Positions 29,282-38,437 of a stretch of DNA of 64,000 nucleotides are shown here, piece after piece. The notes beneath the pieces were generated by a model that saw only the letters and a list, made by a program, of their open reading frames with translations, was not told where the DNA came from and searched no databases. Every line of letters begins with the position of its first letter. The stretch's first letter is position 1. The position numbers and the translations under genes were made by a program. The stretch covers positions 128,001 through 192,000 of the forward strand of contig JANNVX010000098.1 of the NCBI GenBank assembly GCA_031414595.1. Reading direction: 5' to 3'. Origin of the DNA: Deinococcales bacterium. GTDB taxonomy: Bacteria > Deinococcota > Deinococci > Deinococcales > JAAFIG01.

Positions 29282-30250
29282 TTAGACCACTTCTAATGGC
29301 AGATGCGGCTCGAGTGGCAAAATGACTTTAATCGGGTCGCTCGGGTATACCTCGCCGCCTTCAAGCACAGTCGTCATGATTCCCGCTTTGCGAATCAAAT
29401 TGCCATTTTGGTCGGTCTCTAAAACCGCTTTCAAGAGTCCGTTTTGTAATCCATCTATTTGTAAACAGGGGTTACGCAAGCCAGTCACCTCGAGTTGCAC
29501 CGAGCCGATTTCGAGAATTGTGCCTTTGGGCAATTTGAGTAAATCAATGCCAGAAGTGGTGATGTTCTCACCCATTTGCCCCGGCAGCACCATAAAGCCC
29601 TGAGCCGCCACCTCTTCAAATAATTCGGCATGAATCAGGTGGACTTGGCGCAGATTGGCTTGGCTTGGGTCTCTGGCAACCCTCGAGCGGTGCTTGACAG
29701 TTATACCTTGGTGTGCGTCGTTTTCGACCCCTAAACCTTTGAGAATCTGCAAGCTCTCGACATTGGGTTTACTCATGGTGTGGGTGGCACTGCGACTGAC
29801 CGCCAAAACAGTGGCGGGGGCTGGGAAGGCTTGAGCAAAACCAAAGGCTTCTTGGGTACCGCCGTTAAGCCTTAGTAAATCGAGTTTTTCTTGGGCTTCG
29901 GCTAAGGTTGGAATATGACTGTCTTTAATCCACCACAGCACCGTGCCAGTCTGCTCGAGTGGAATAAACCATTCTTTACGGCGTTTTAAGTAATAACTGT
30001 GACCACTATTAAAAACATAATGCCGTAGGGCTTCTAAATTCTCCCAGGCGCTCATGTTTACAATCAGGCTAGGGTCATCGTAGATTCTAAAAGTGGTGGC
30101 GGTGTTGTTTTCGTCCTTTAAGAGCCAGACAAACCCGGGGCTGTTTTCGGCAAGTAAATTGATGGCGCTCAGTGCCAAGGTAAAATCCTGCATTTCTACT
30201 GACCCGAGCGGATAAGCAATTCGGGCGATGTTTAATTGAGCCAGTTTCAT
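29282..30250 (-). CDS. DUF3291 domain fused to MOSC domain
   Basis: N-half LAQLNIA...PGFVW...NMSAWE...RRKEWF...VLWWI; C-half DAHQG.TVKHRSRV...RQVHL, GENIT, RNPC.QID, AGIM. Confidence 0.82.
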   Translation of the reverse strand: MKLAQLNIARIAYPLGSVEMQDFTLALSAINLLAENSPGFVWLLKDENNTATTFRIYDDPSLIVNMSAWENLEALRHYVFNSGHSYYLKRRKEWFIPLEQTGTVLWWIKDSHIPTLAEAQEKLDLLRLNGGTQEAFGFAQAFPAPATVLAVSRSATHTMSKPNVESLQILKGLGVENDAHQGITVKHRSRVARDPSQANLRQVHLIHAELFEEVAAQGFMVLPGQMGENITTSGIDLLKLPKGTILEIGSVQLEVTGLRNPCLQIDGLQNGLLKAVLETDQNGNLIRKAGIMTTVLEGGEVYPSDPIKVILPLEPHLPLEVV

Positions 30251-30286
30251 GGGGTAATTCTATCATCCCTCGAGTACAATGGGGCT

Positions 30287-30775
30287 ATGGAAAATATTTT
30301 TGTCAGTGCTTTTTTAGGTGTACTACAAGAAGCCTTTGAGGGCGGTAAACCCAATCTGGGTACACATTTTTTGGACAACACCAAGCCAGATGGCTCGAGT
30401 AATCAAGGTTTTTTTGCAGCCCTTGATGGTTTAAGTGCCGTGCAAGCCTCTGCGCCAACTGCACTTGACTCGAGTATTGCGGCACACGCTGCCCATAGTG
30501 CTTTTCACATCGAAGCCACGCTTCGTTTTGCCAGTGGCAACCGTAGCCCTAACGATTGGCAGGCTAGTTTTGAACCTCGAGAAGTCAATGAGCTTGAATG
30601 GGCAGAACAACGTCAGCGCTTAAAGAATGCCTACTCGAGTATTGCCAATTTAGCCCAGAATACCCCTGTGTGGGATAACAACAGTGCCACAGGCATGATG
30701 GCAACCTTGGCGCATGTCACCTATCATCTTGGGGCAGTCAAACAAATTCTAAAATTGGCTCGAGGGTCGGTTTAG
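30287..30775 (+). CDS. DinB-like protein
   Basis: SIAAHAAH, W..SF, H..YHLGAVKQ; TACAAT 6 nt before ATG. Confidence 0.75.
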   Translation: MENIFVSAFLGVLQEAFEGGKPNLGTHFLDNTKPDGSSNQGFFAALDGLSAVQASAPTALDSSIAAHAAHSAFHIEATLRFASGNRSPNDWQASFEPREVNELEWAEQRQRLKNAYSSIANLAQNTPVWDNNSATGMMATLAHVTYHLGAVKQILKLARGSV

Positions 30776-30829
30776 GGCTGCTACTTTGGTATGGCAACCA
30801 TTTGACAGTTGACCTCGTATACTTGGATT

Positions 30830-31462
30830 ATGAAACGATACTTGGTATTGATTTTGGCATTGGTTTTGGTTGGTTGTAATTTACCCGACCCACAAGAAGC
30901 GGCTCGACTGAAAACCGAGAATGAAACACTGCAAGCTCAGGTGACGACGCTGACTTCGGAGCGCGACGCGGCTGTCTTAGAGCGTGATGATTTGCGTGGG
31001 CGTTTAGAAAAAATTAAAACTGCTCTGGAAAATTTGCCAGCCATCTCAAGCATGACTGCACCAAGCCCTGCACCAACCGTACCGGAAACGACTGTGCCAA
31101 GCGTTCCAGAAACCACGACACCAGCCGCCCCAGAAACCACTGCACCAAACACTCCCGAAACTGTTCCAGAGACCACGCCAGACTCGAGTACCCCCGCCTT
31201 ACCGCCTGTCAGTGCTGGAACAGATGCCAGTCTGCTCGAAAAATTACAAGCCTATACCAATGAAGTCTTGACGGCAGCCCAGAATTTTAAGGCGCAAACC
31301 CGCCAAGAAGCGCCCTTAAATTGTACCAATGGCTATGCGGCTGGTGCATACAATGTACAGGACAGCTTAGACTTAAAAGAATGCAGTATTGTCACCGAAG
31401 CCAATGGCGATTACCGTGTTACGGCTCGAGATGCGGCGGGCAATAGCGTTAGCGTTCCCTGA
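30830..31462 (+). CDS. Lipoprotein: coiled coil, Pro/Thr-rich stalk, small two-Cys C-terminal domain
   Basis: Lipobox LVGC; PET repeats; two C-terminal Cys. Confidence 0.75.
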   Translation: MKRYLVLILALVLVGCNLPDPQEAARLKTENETLQAQVTTLTSERDAAVLERDDLRGRLEKIKTALENLPAISSMTAPSPAPTVPETTVPSVPETTTPAAPETTAPNTPETVPETTPDSSTPALPPVSAGTDASLLEKLQAYTNEVLTAAQNFKAQTRQEAPLNCTNGYAAGAYNVQDSLDLKECSIVTEANGDYRVTARDAAGNSVSVP

Positions 31463-31485
31463 TGAACTAAAATCCGTGAATCGTT

Positions 31486-31651
31486 AGGCGAGGCTTCTTG
31501 ACCATAAACGCGCACCTGACGGGCATGGTCGCATGCCTCGCCCCTACGACAAAAATCTCGTGCTAAACCGTAGGGGTTAGGTATGCCTAACCCCTTAAAG
31601 GTCAATGGTGATCCATTCTCAAATCGGGATGTTATTTCTGGACGATTCCTA
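31486..31651. mobile_element. REP-pair / MITE-like non-autonomous element, copy A (partial)
   Basis: Inverted GTAG-REP pair (31486-31547 interrupted; 31570-31595 intact); 31613-31643 matches reverse complement of 60349-60379 at 28/31. Confidence 0.7.
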
Positions 31652-31725
31652 AGAATATCCAAATACATTTGTTGTCCCCAAGGTAGTACCAAATCTACCC
31701 CTCGAGAATACCCTATGCTCGAGGG

Positions 31726-32307
31726 ATGAATCATGATGCCCAAAATATGAATCATTTACCTGCCTCAAAACAATCATTTGAGCTTTTCAAAGCCTTTGCC
31801 CTGATTGGGGCAACCAACTTTGGCGGTGGTGGCAGCGCCCATGTTCAGCACCACATGGTCGAACGCCTTAAATGGCTAAGCATGGACGAATACCTCGAGT
31901 GTTACAGCATGGTTCAAACCCTGCCGGGTCCAGTTTTTTCTAATCTTTGTACCCATGTCGGCGCTCGTTTAGCGGGCTGGCGTGGCGGAATTCTAGCCAC
32001 CATTGGGGTCAATTTTGCTGGCATCATTGCGATTTTAAGCCTTGCCGTGGTGTACTCGAGTGTCGGCAGTAAACCGATTTGGCTCGAGGGATTCCTTAAG
32101 GGGGTGGCTGTGGCAGCCGTTGCTATTTCCTTAGCGGCGACAACCCGAGTTGCCCCAAGTGCTTTTCGGACGCGCCCAAGTGTCTTTTTGGCATTGGCGG
32201 CTTTTATTGCCAATGCGCTCTTACACATCAACATTTTGTATGTGCTATTGGTACTTGTGCCGCTTGGTATGTGGCTCGAGTGGCAGGAGGTAAATCGTGC
32301 TGTTTGA
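31726..32307 (+). CDS. Short-chain chromate transporter subunit 1
   Basis: IGATNFGGG, V...KW....E.....Q.LPGP. Confidence 0.9.
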   Translation: MNHDAQNMNHLPASKQSFELFKAFALIGATNFGGGGSAHVQHHMVERLKWLSMDEYLECYSMVQTLPGPVFSNLCTHVGARLAGWRGGILATIGVNFAGIIAILSLAVVYSSVGSKPIWLEGFLKGVAVAAVAISLAATTRVAPSAFRTRPSVFLALAAFIANALLHINILYVLLVLVPLGMWLEWQEVNRAV

Positions 32308-32818
32308 TTTGCTGCTCGAGTTTTTGCGCTTTGGGGTACTGTCCATTGGCGGTGGACTGGCGATGCTCTCGGAAATGAAACGGGTGTTGGTGATTGAACG
32401 CCAATGGCTCAGCGCTCAGGTCTTTGTGGATGGTTGGAGTTTAGGGCAGTTTGTACCCGGACCAAACATGCTGGCAATGGCATTTTATGGCTACCGCATC
32501 GAGGGCTTTTTTGGTGCAGCCGCCGCTTGGCTTGGGATGTTCATGCCCGGCATGGTTGCCAGTATTGTGGCGGCAAAAACATGGCAACGTGTTCGCCACG
32601 CACCCCTTGCCAAAGCCTTTCGAGCCGCTATTTTACCAATTGGTTTTGGATTTGGGGCTGGTGGGGTCTACACTTTGGCTCGAGTTTCAATCACCGAGGT
32701 GTTTCAAATAATCCTAGCACTAGGACTGCTATTTTTACTGATTCGACTGCGCTTAAATCCAATTGCCACGGTATTTTTGGGCGGTGCAGTTGGCGTTCTA
32801 CTTAAGGTTCTGAATTAG
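32297..32818 (+). CDS. Short-chain chromate transporter subunit 2
   Basis: G.LSIGGG, V....WL...F......Q..PGP. Confidence 0.9.
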   Translation: MLFDLLLEFLRFGVLSIGGGLAMLSEMKRVLVIERQWLSAQVFVDGWSLGQFVPGPNMLAMAFYGYRIEGFFGAAAAWLGMFMPGMVASIVAAKTWQRVRHAPLAKAFRAAILPIGFGFGAGGVYTLARVSITEVFQIILALGLLFLLIRLRLNPIATVFLGGAVGVLLKVLN

Positions 32819-32871
32819 CGGGTTTATCCTCGCTTACAATCTGCAACCAAAAAAACGCATAAGCTCAAACC

Positions 32872-34215
32872 ATGATTCTTGTTTGGCATCGCGCCGACCT
32901 TCGCACCCACGACCATCCAGCTTTGGCAAGGGCTGCTGCTCGAGGGCAAGTGATACCCTGTTTTATCCTTGACCCGAGTTTATTAAGTGCGCCTTACACG
33001 GGCAATAACCGTGTCGAGTGGTTGTACGCTTGTCTGCACGCCTTATCAGAATCCTACCAAGCCCTCGGCTCGAGCTTGCTGCTCTTGGCTGGCACACCAG
33101 AAAATGAATTGCTGCGTTTGGCAAGAGAGTCTGGCGCAAAAGCAGTCTATGCCCTAAAAAGTTATGAACCCATCGGCATGACCCGAGATGCTCGGGTTAA
33201 ACAAGTCTTAGAAGCGGCTGGAATCGAATTTAGATTACTGGCTGGCGATTGTGTTCTCGAGCCAAACTCGGTCTTAAATGGCAGTGGCACAATGTACAAG
33301 GTTTTTACTCCTTTTTGGCACACATGGAGCAGTATTCCGATTCCCCACATTGCTACACCCTTAGAAAAACTCGAGCCACATGGTTTTTCTAGGATTAAAA
33401 TTCCACTACCAAGTAGCACCATTGATTTACCAAAAGCAGGAGAAGTTGCTGCCCAACACCGACTCGAGCAGTTTATTCGCCAAGTTGGACTGCATTACGA
33501 AACCAAGCGCGATATTCCCAGTCTGAACGGGACAAGTCGTTTGTCGCTCGATTTGCACTTGGGGACGCTCTCGCCAAGGGTCGCTGCCCACCAAGCCGCC
33601 CAAGCCGGTATGACCGCATGGGTACGAGAACTTTGCTGGCGCGATTTTTACCGTCATGTTTTGGTGGCACAACCGCAACTCGAGCATTCGGCATTTCGCC
33701 CAGAATGGAATAATTTTCCTTGGCGCGATGACGCACTGGATTTTGAAACTTGGCAAGCTGGACAAACTGGTTATCCAATCATAGACGCGGGAATGCGCCA
33801 ACTGAGCAGCACAGGTTGGATGCACAACCGTGTGCGAATGATTGTGGCGAGCTTTTTATGTAAGCATTTGCTGTTGCCTTGGCAATACGGGGCAGCCCAT
33901 TTTAACAATTTATTACTCGATGGCGACCTTGCTAGTAATAACGGTGGCTGGCAATGGAGCGCTGGTTGTGGGGTAGATGCCGCGCCGTATTTTAGGGTTT
34001 TTAATCCTGTGACCCAAGGTGAAAAATTTGACTCGAGCGCCGAGTACATCAAGCGCTTTGTTCCAGAACTGCAAAACTTAGCCAACAAAGAAGCCCATCA
34101 GCCTTGGATTAGTTTGCGCCCACCAAAGAACTATCCAGCCCCAATGTTGCCCCTGGCTTTTGGCAGAGATCGTTTTCTCGAGACCGCAAAACAGCACTTA
34201 AACTCTTCGCCTTAG
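32872..34215 (+). CDS. phrB: Deoxyribodipyrimidine photolyase
   Basis: W.R.DLR..D, TSRLS..L..G, WRDFY, TGYPIIDAGMRQL..TGWMHNRVRM, SNNGGWQW, RVFNP. Confidence 0.93.
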   Translation: MILVWHRADLRTHDHPALARAAARGQVIPCFILDPSLLSAPYTGNNRVEWLYACLHALSESYQALGSSLLLLAGTPENELLRLARESGAKAVYALKSYEPIGMTRDARVKQVLEAAGIEFRLLAGDCVLEPNSVLNGSGTMYKVFTPFWHTWSSIPIPHIATPLEKLEPHGFSRIKIPLPSSTIDLPKAGEVAAQHRLEQFIRQVGLHYETKRDIPSLNGTSRLSLDLHLGTLSPRVAAHQAAQAGMTAWVRELCWRDFYRHVLVAQPQLEHSAFRPEWNNFPWRDDALDFETWQAGQTGYPIIDAGMRQLSSTGWMHNRVRMIVASFLCKHLLLPWQYGAAHFNNLLLDGDLASNNGGWQWSAGCGVDAAPYFRVFNPVTQGEKFDSSAEYIKRFVPELQNLANKEAHQPWISLRPPKNYPAPMLPLAFGRDRFLETAKQHLNSSP

Positions 34216-34562
34216 CGTTTTGTCAGGGTTTCTTTGCCTGTTTGTGTGTTGCCACATCCCGCCCAAATGCCCTCTAAAGTGCTGCCACGCACTGTATACG
34301 AACTGACACCGCAAGGAGTCCATGCCACAGCCAGATGCGTGCCTTGGAGTACACCAGTACCTTTGTAGCTACTGCCGTCATTCAGTGTCCAGCCAATCAC
34401 ATAGACTTGTCCTGTTTGGCGGATTGTGGCTTTGCCTGTGTAGGTTGTGCCGCTTGCGTGCGAGCCAGTCACTTTGTACTCACCGCTTAGACTGGAATTC
34501 TGAGCCACAACACTGCCAAATAGCAAAGCCATAACTATATATTTCCACAAGCCTTTTTTCAT
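34212..34562 (-). CDS. Small secreted beta-rich hypothetical protein
   Basis: Signal peptide; LSG.Y.V.G...G..Y.G, G.L.G.W...G.E.L. Confidence 0.65.
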   Translation of the reverse strand: MKKGLWKYIVMALLFGSVVAQNSSLSGEYKVTGSHASGTTYTGKATIRQTGQVYVIGWTLNDGSSYKGTGVLQGTHLAVAWTPCGVSSYTVRGSTLEGIWAGCGNTQTGKETLTKR

Positions 34563-34606
34563 GGCTGTAGTCTATCAAAGTTATCTCGAGGTGTGGGCTG
34601 ATTTCT

Positions 34607-35047
34607 TTAGATAAACGCCACTGCCCAAATTGCCTTTTCTCGTACCTCGAGCTTAACGGCTGTCAGTGGGCTACGCGCTGGTCCAGCCTTGACCAAGCCC
34701 AATCCGTCAAATTCGCTGCCGTGACAATCGCAGTAATGCACACCATCGGTTTTAGGTAATTCGGTCTGGCAACCTGCGTGGGTGCAACGTCTCGAGACGG
34801 CACTAAAAGCCTCTTTTTCGACCACCAAAGCCCGTTCTGTTTTTTCTTTTGGCACAGTTACCCGTTGCAGCAGACAAGCCCTATTTTCAAAAGTAAATTC
34901 TAAGGGTTTCCATTTGGCATCAATTTTGTCTAAATCCACCAGTTTGATGGCTTTAACGGCTGCGGTTTGTGCCAAAGCGGTCTCGAGGGCGAAGCTCGAG
35001 CCTAGGGCGGCAAGAGCAAGGGTTTTATTGGCTTCACGTCTATTCAT
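34607..35047 (-). CDS. Tat-exported Rieske [2Fe-2S] protein
   Basis: MNRRE Tat-like leader; CTHAGC and CDCHGSEF. Confidence 0.9.
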   Translation of the reverse strand: MNRREANKTLALAALGSSFALETALAQTAAVKAIKLVDLDKIDAKWKPLEFTFENRACLLQRVTVPKEKTERALVVEKEAFSAVSRRCTHAGCQTELPKTDGVHYCDCHGSEFDGLGLVKAGPARSPLTAVKLEVREKAIWAVAFI

Positions 35048-35189
35048 AAGGGTTTTATTGTCGCAGGATTTAAGTAAAAATTCGTGTCATTTACCACACA
35101 ATGAGAACAACGTAAAGAAATTCTTAAGACAATGGTCTGGTCAGCACGACCGACTTGGACTTAATCCCAAGTCGGGTTAAACTAAACCC

Positions 35190-35498
35190 ATGAACATCCA
35201 AAAAATGATGAAACAAATGCAAAAAGCCCAGTCTGCCCAAGCCGACATGCAGGAAAAACTCGAGGCACTTGAGATTATTGGCAGTGCTGGCGGCGGCATG
35301 GTCAAAGCCACTTGCACAGGCAGTGGGCAAATCAAAGCGCTTAAACTCGAGAAAATTGTGGTAGACCCCGAAGATGTCGAAGCCCTTGAGGACTTGATTT
35401 TGGTGGCGATTCAAGATGCCCAGAAAAAAGCGGCGGATGCCCAACAAACCGAAACCAGTAAACTGATGAGCAGTTTGCAAATTCCTGGAATGAGGTAA
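35190..35498 (+). CDS. ybaB: YbaB/EbfC nucleoid-associated protein
   Basis: MMKQ.QK.Q, G.AGGGMV, DPEDVE.LEDLI..A. Confidence 0.95.
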   Translation: MNIQKMMKQMQKAQSAQADMQEKLEALEIIGSAGGGMVKATCTGSGQIKALKLEKIVVDPEDVEALEDLILVAIQDAQKKAADAQQTETSKLMSSLQIPGMR

Positions 35499-35529
35499 AA
35501 GCAGGGTTAAAAGGTTAAAGGGAAAAAGG

Positions 35530-36129
35530 TCAAAGGGGTTTTTCTAGGTTGATTTGCATTCGTGCTGCCACTCCGCGCTCGAGTTCGCCCTGCTGCTTAA
35601 GTTGGGCAATTACATTTTTTTGGTCGGTTGCACTGCGGTTCTGCGAGAGCTTAAATTTACCCTCGAGCCGCGTGATGGAAATTTCAAAACCAACCAAAGC
35701 GTTCTGCATTCCCTCGAGATATTTGGGCGAATACTTGGGCATTTCGGTTTCATGATCGTGCTGCTGCATTAACGCCTCGAGTTGCGCTCTGGTTTCGGTG
35801 GCGTTCAGAATTCGGGCTGTGCCATACGCATGAACTGTGGCGTAATTCCATGTTGGGACATCGGTTTGTTCGTACCATCTGTTTGAGATTAAAGCATGTT
35901 CGGCTTGGAAAACCACCAGCACTTCTTTATCGTCAAAATGCTGCCATTGCGGGTTGGCTTTGGCAATGTGAGCGCTGAGGGTTTGGGTATCCTCGAGTGG
36001 CGTAAAAGGGATACTGGTGGCAAATGGCAAACCATCTGGGGCAGTAATCAGCAGCGCAAAATTAAATTGGCGCATCAATTCCCAAAGAAGGGTTTGGTCG
36101 GTCACGGCATTGTGCTTTGGAATATACAT
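35530..36129 (-). CDS. FMN-binding negative transcriptional regulator (PaiB family)
   Basis: MYIP, H.A.ANPQW, VPTWNY..VH.YG, K.KLSQNR. Confidence 0.92.
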   Translation of the reverse strand: MYIPKHNAVTDQTLLWELMRQFNFALLITAPDGLPFATSIPFTPLEDTQTLSAHIAKANPQWQHFDDKEVLVVFQAEHALISNRWYEQTDVPTWNYATVHAYGTARILNATETRAQLEALMQQHDHETEMPKYSPKYLEGMQNALVGFEISITRLEGKFKLSQNRSATDQKNVIAQLKQQGELERGVAARMQINLEKPL

Positions 36130-36147
36130 TAACGCAGTGTATAAATA

Positions 36148-36194
36148 AATTGGTGCTAGAAAAAGCACCAATTCTAAATAATTTTTTAGTACCA
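36148..36194. promoter_or_regulatory. Probable MocR-family operator
   Basis: Perfect inverted repeat AATTGGTGCT-N6-AGCACCAATT plus third half-site GTACCA, between divergent paiB-like and MocR genes. Confidence 0.7.
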
Positions 36195-36201
36195 TTAATC
36201 C

Positions 36202-37626
36202 ATGACCGATTTACCACAAATTCACTTAGACCCCACAGCCAAAACCTCACTGCATCGTCAGGTCTACAATACTTTACGTGGTGCTATTCTGAGCGGAGCA
36301 TTGCCGCATGGCACAAAATTACCCGCCACTCGAGCCTTGGCAAGCGCACATGGTATCTCGAGGAATACAGTCTTGGCAGCTTTTGAGGACTTGATTGCCG
36401 AGGGCTTTTTAGAAAGCAAAATTGGGGCTGGAACGTTTATTGCCCACACCAGCACCCCAAAACAGCAAATTGCAGCCCAAGAACTCTCTCAACGCGGCAC
36501 AGAACTGTCCAGAATTGCGGTCAGTATCCCAAGAGAAAACCGAATTGCTGCTTTTCGGCACGGCATCCCAGATTTTAATTTATTCCCGTGGGCTATTTGG
36601 ACACGGCTTTACAGCCAAGCAGCCCGCAACAAACCCAATTTAGGCTATGCCGACCCACAGGGCGAACCTGCGCTGCGTAGCGCAATCGCGGCGCATGTGG
36701 CTGCCACTCGAGCGGTGCATTGCCAAGCCGAGCAAATTATCATCACCAGTGGTTCACAACAAGCCATTTGTTTAGCGGCTCAGCTTTTACTCGAGCCAAA
36801 CGACTTGGTGTGGTTTGAGAATCCGGGCTACTTGGGCGCTCGAGCCGCATTACTGGCAGCCAATGCCAAAATAGAAGCCATCCCAGTGGATGAAAACGGT
36901 TTAGATGTCAGCGCAGGGCAGCAAATTGCACCCAAGGCAAGACTGGCGTATGTCACGCCATCGCATCAATACCCAACAGGTGTGACCATGAGCCACACGC
37001 GGCGCTTAGAACTGCTGAATTGGGCAAACAAAACCAATGCTTGGATTTTAGAAGACGATTACGACAGCGAATACCGCTACGATCATCGTCCGCTCGAGAG
37101 TTTACAAAGCCTTGATTCGCACGGACGGGTGATTTACATTGGCACATTCTCCAAAGTTTTATTTCCCGCCCTACGGCTTGGCTACATGATTGTTCCCAGT
37201 AATTTAAGTGCTGCCTCTGCTGCGGCTCGAGCCATTCAAGACCGTGGTTCAAGTACCTTAGAGCAACAAACCCTGACTGCTTTTATGCAGCAACACCATT
37301 TTGCAAGGCATATTCGCCGTACCCAAAAACATTATTTGGAACGCCGCGAAGTGCTGCGCCACAACTTAGAAAAGCATATTCCCAGCCTCGAGTTACAAGG
37401 TTTTGAAGCTGGGATGCACCTGTGTGCTTGGCTGACCGACGGACAAGACGATAGACGCATCTCGAGAATTGTCTCAGAGCATGGGCTAGAAGTCATGCCA
37501 ATCAGTGCTTACAGCCAAACGCCCTTAGAACGAGGCGGGTTCTTGTTAGGTTATGCGGCTGTACCACCCAAGGCACTCGAGGAAGCCGTGCGGGTACTGG
37601 CAAAAATTATTTCTGCGCCACAATAA
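36202..37626 (+). CDS. MocR/GabR family regulator (GntR HTH + PLP domain)
   Basis: KLP.TR.LA....ISRNTV, TPSHQYPTG, EDDYDSE, GTFSK. Confidence 0.95.
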   Translation: MTDLPQIHLDPTAKTSLHRQVYNTLRGAILSGALPHGTKLPATRALASAHGISRNTVLAAFEDLIAEGFLESKIGAGTFIAHTSTPKQQIAAQELSQRGTELSRIAVSIPRENRIAAFRHGIPDFNLFPWAIWTRLYSQAARNKPNLGYADPQGEPALRSAIAAHVAATRAVHCQAEQIIITSGSQQAICLAAQLLLEPNDLVWFENPGYLGARAALLAANAKIEAIPVDENGLDVSAGQQIAPKARLAYVTPSHQYPTGVTMSHTRRLELLNWANKTNAWILEDDYDSEYRYDHRPLESLQSLDSHGRVIYIGTFSKVLFPALRLGYMIVPSNLSAASAAARAIQDRGSSTLEQQTLTAFMQQHHFARHIRRTQKHYLERREVLRHNLEKHIPSLELQGFEAGMHLCAWLTDGQDDRRISRIVSEHGLEVMPISAYSQTPLERGGFLLGYAAVPPKALEEAVRVLAKIISAPQ

Positions 37627-38437
37627 ATCGCTTGCGCCCCGTTAAATCAGCCTCGAGCCATGCGTTCCAGCCTGTTTGCAACATCTCGGTTTGCAAAATC
37701 GGAGCATTGCGTGGGTCTAACTCGAGCAGCAAAAAACCATTTTTGGTTAAGTAATCTGGGGCTTGTAAAACCAGTTCTCTTGCTAAGCCCAGACCATCCG
37801 CACCAGAAAAAAGGGCTTGACGGGGTTCTTGTTGTACTTCAGGCTCGAGCAGGTCAGTTTCGGGAAGATACGGCGGATTAGAAACAATCACACTAAATTG
37901 AGGAGTCAAGCCGTTTAGCAAAGAAGTTTCTAGGACATGGATATGCAGCTTTAAGCGCTTAGCATTCTCGAGTGTCAAAGTAATCGCACTAGGGTTAATG
38001 TCGGTTGCCCAAACCTCGAGACTCGGGCGTTCAGATTTTAAGGCAAGAGCAATCGCCCCAGAGCCACAACCGACATCCACCACCCGCCCTGAATCACCTA
38101 GCCGATCTAAGGTCAGTTCGACCAAGCGCTCGGTCTCTGGGCGCGGAATCAGCGCACCAGAACACACTTTTAATTCCAAACCATAAAATTCGGTACTGCC
38201 AATAATCCACTGCAACGGTTCTCGAGCCGCACGGCGATGCACCCAAGATTGATAAGTCTCGAGTTCGGCATGGCTCAGGATTCGGTTCGGTTCAAGTAAT
38301 ACCGCTCGAGTCGCACCCAGCGCAAAAATTAGCAGCCACTGTGCATCAAAGACTGGACTCGAGACTTGGGCTACCTCGAGTTGGATAATCGCTGCTTTTA
38401 GGGTTTCTGAGAGGGTGATAAAGTCTCCGCTTGCCAC
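37607..38437 (-). CDS. prmC: Release factor glutamine methyltransferase PrmC (start uncertain)
   Basis: R...EPLQ.I.G, LIPRPETE, DVGCGSGAI, SNPPY. Confidence 0.93.
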   Translation of the reverse strand: MASGDFITLSETLKAAIIQLEVAQVSSPVFDAQWLLIFALGATRAVLLEPNRILSHAELETYQSWVHRRAAREPLQWIIGSTEFYGLELKVCSGALIPRPETERLVELTLDRLGDSGRVVDVGCGSGAIALALKSERPSLEVWATDINPSAITLTLENAKRLKLHIHVLETSLLNGLTPQFSVIVSNPPYLPETDLLEPEVQQEPRQALFSGADGLGLARELVLQAPDYLTKNGFLLLELDPRNAPILQTEMLQTGWNAWLEADLTGRKRFIVAQK

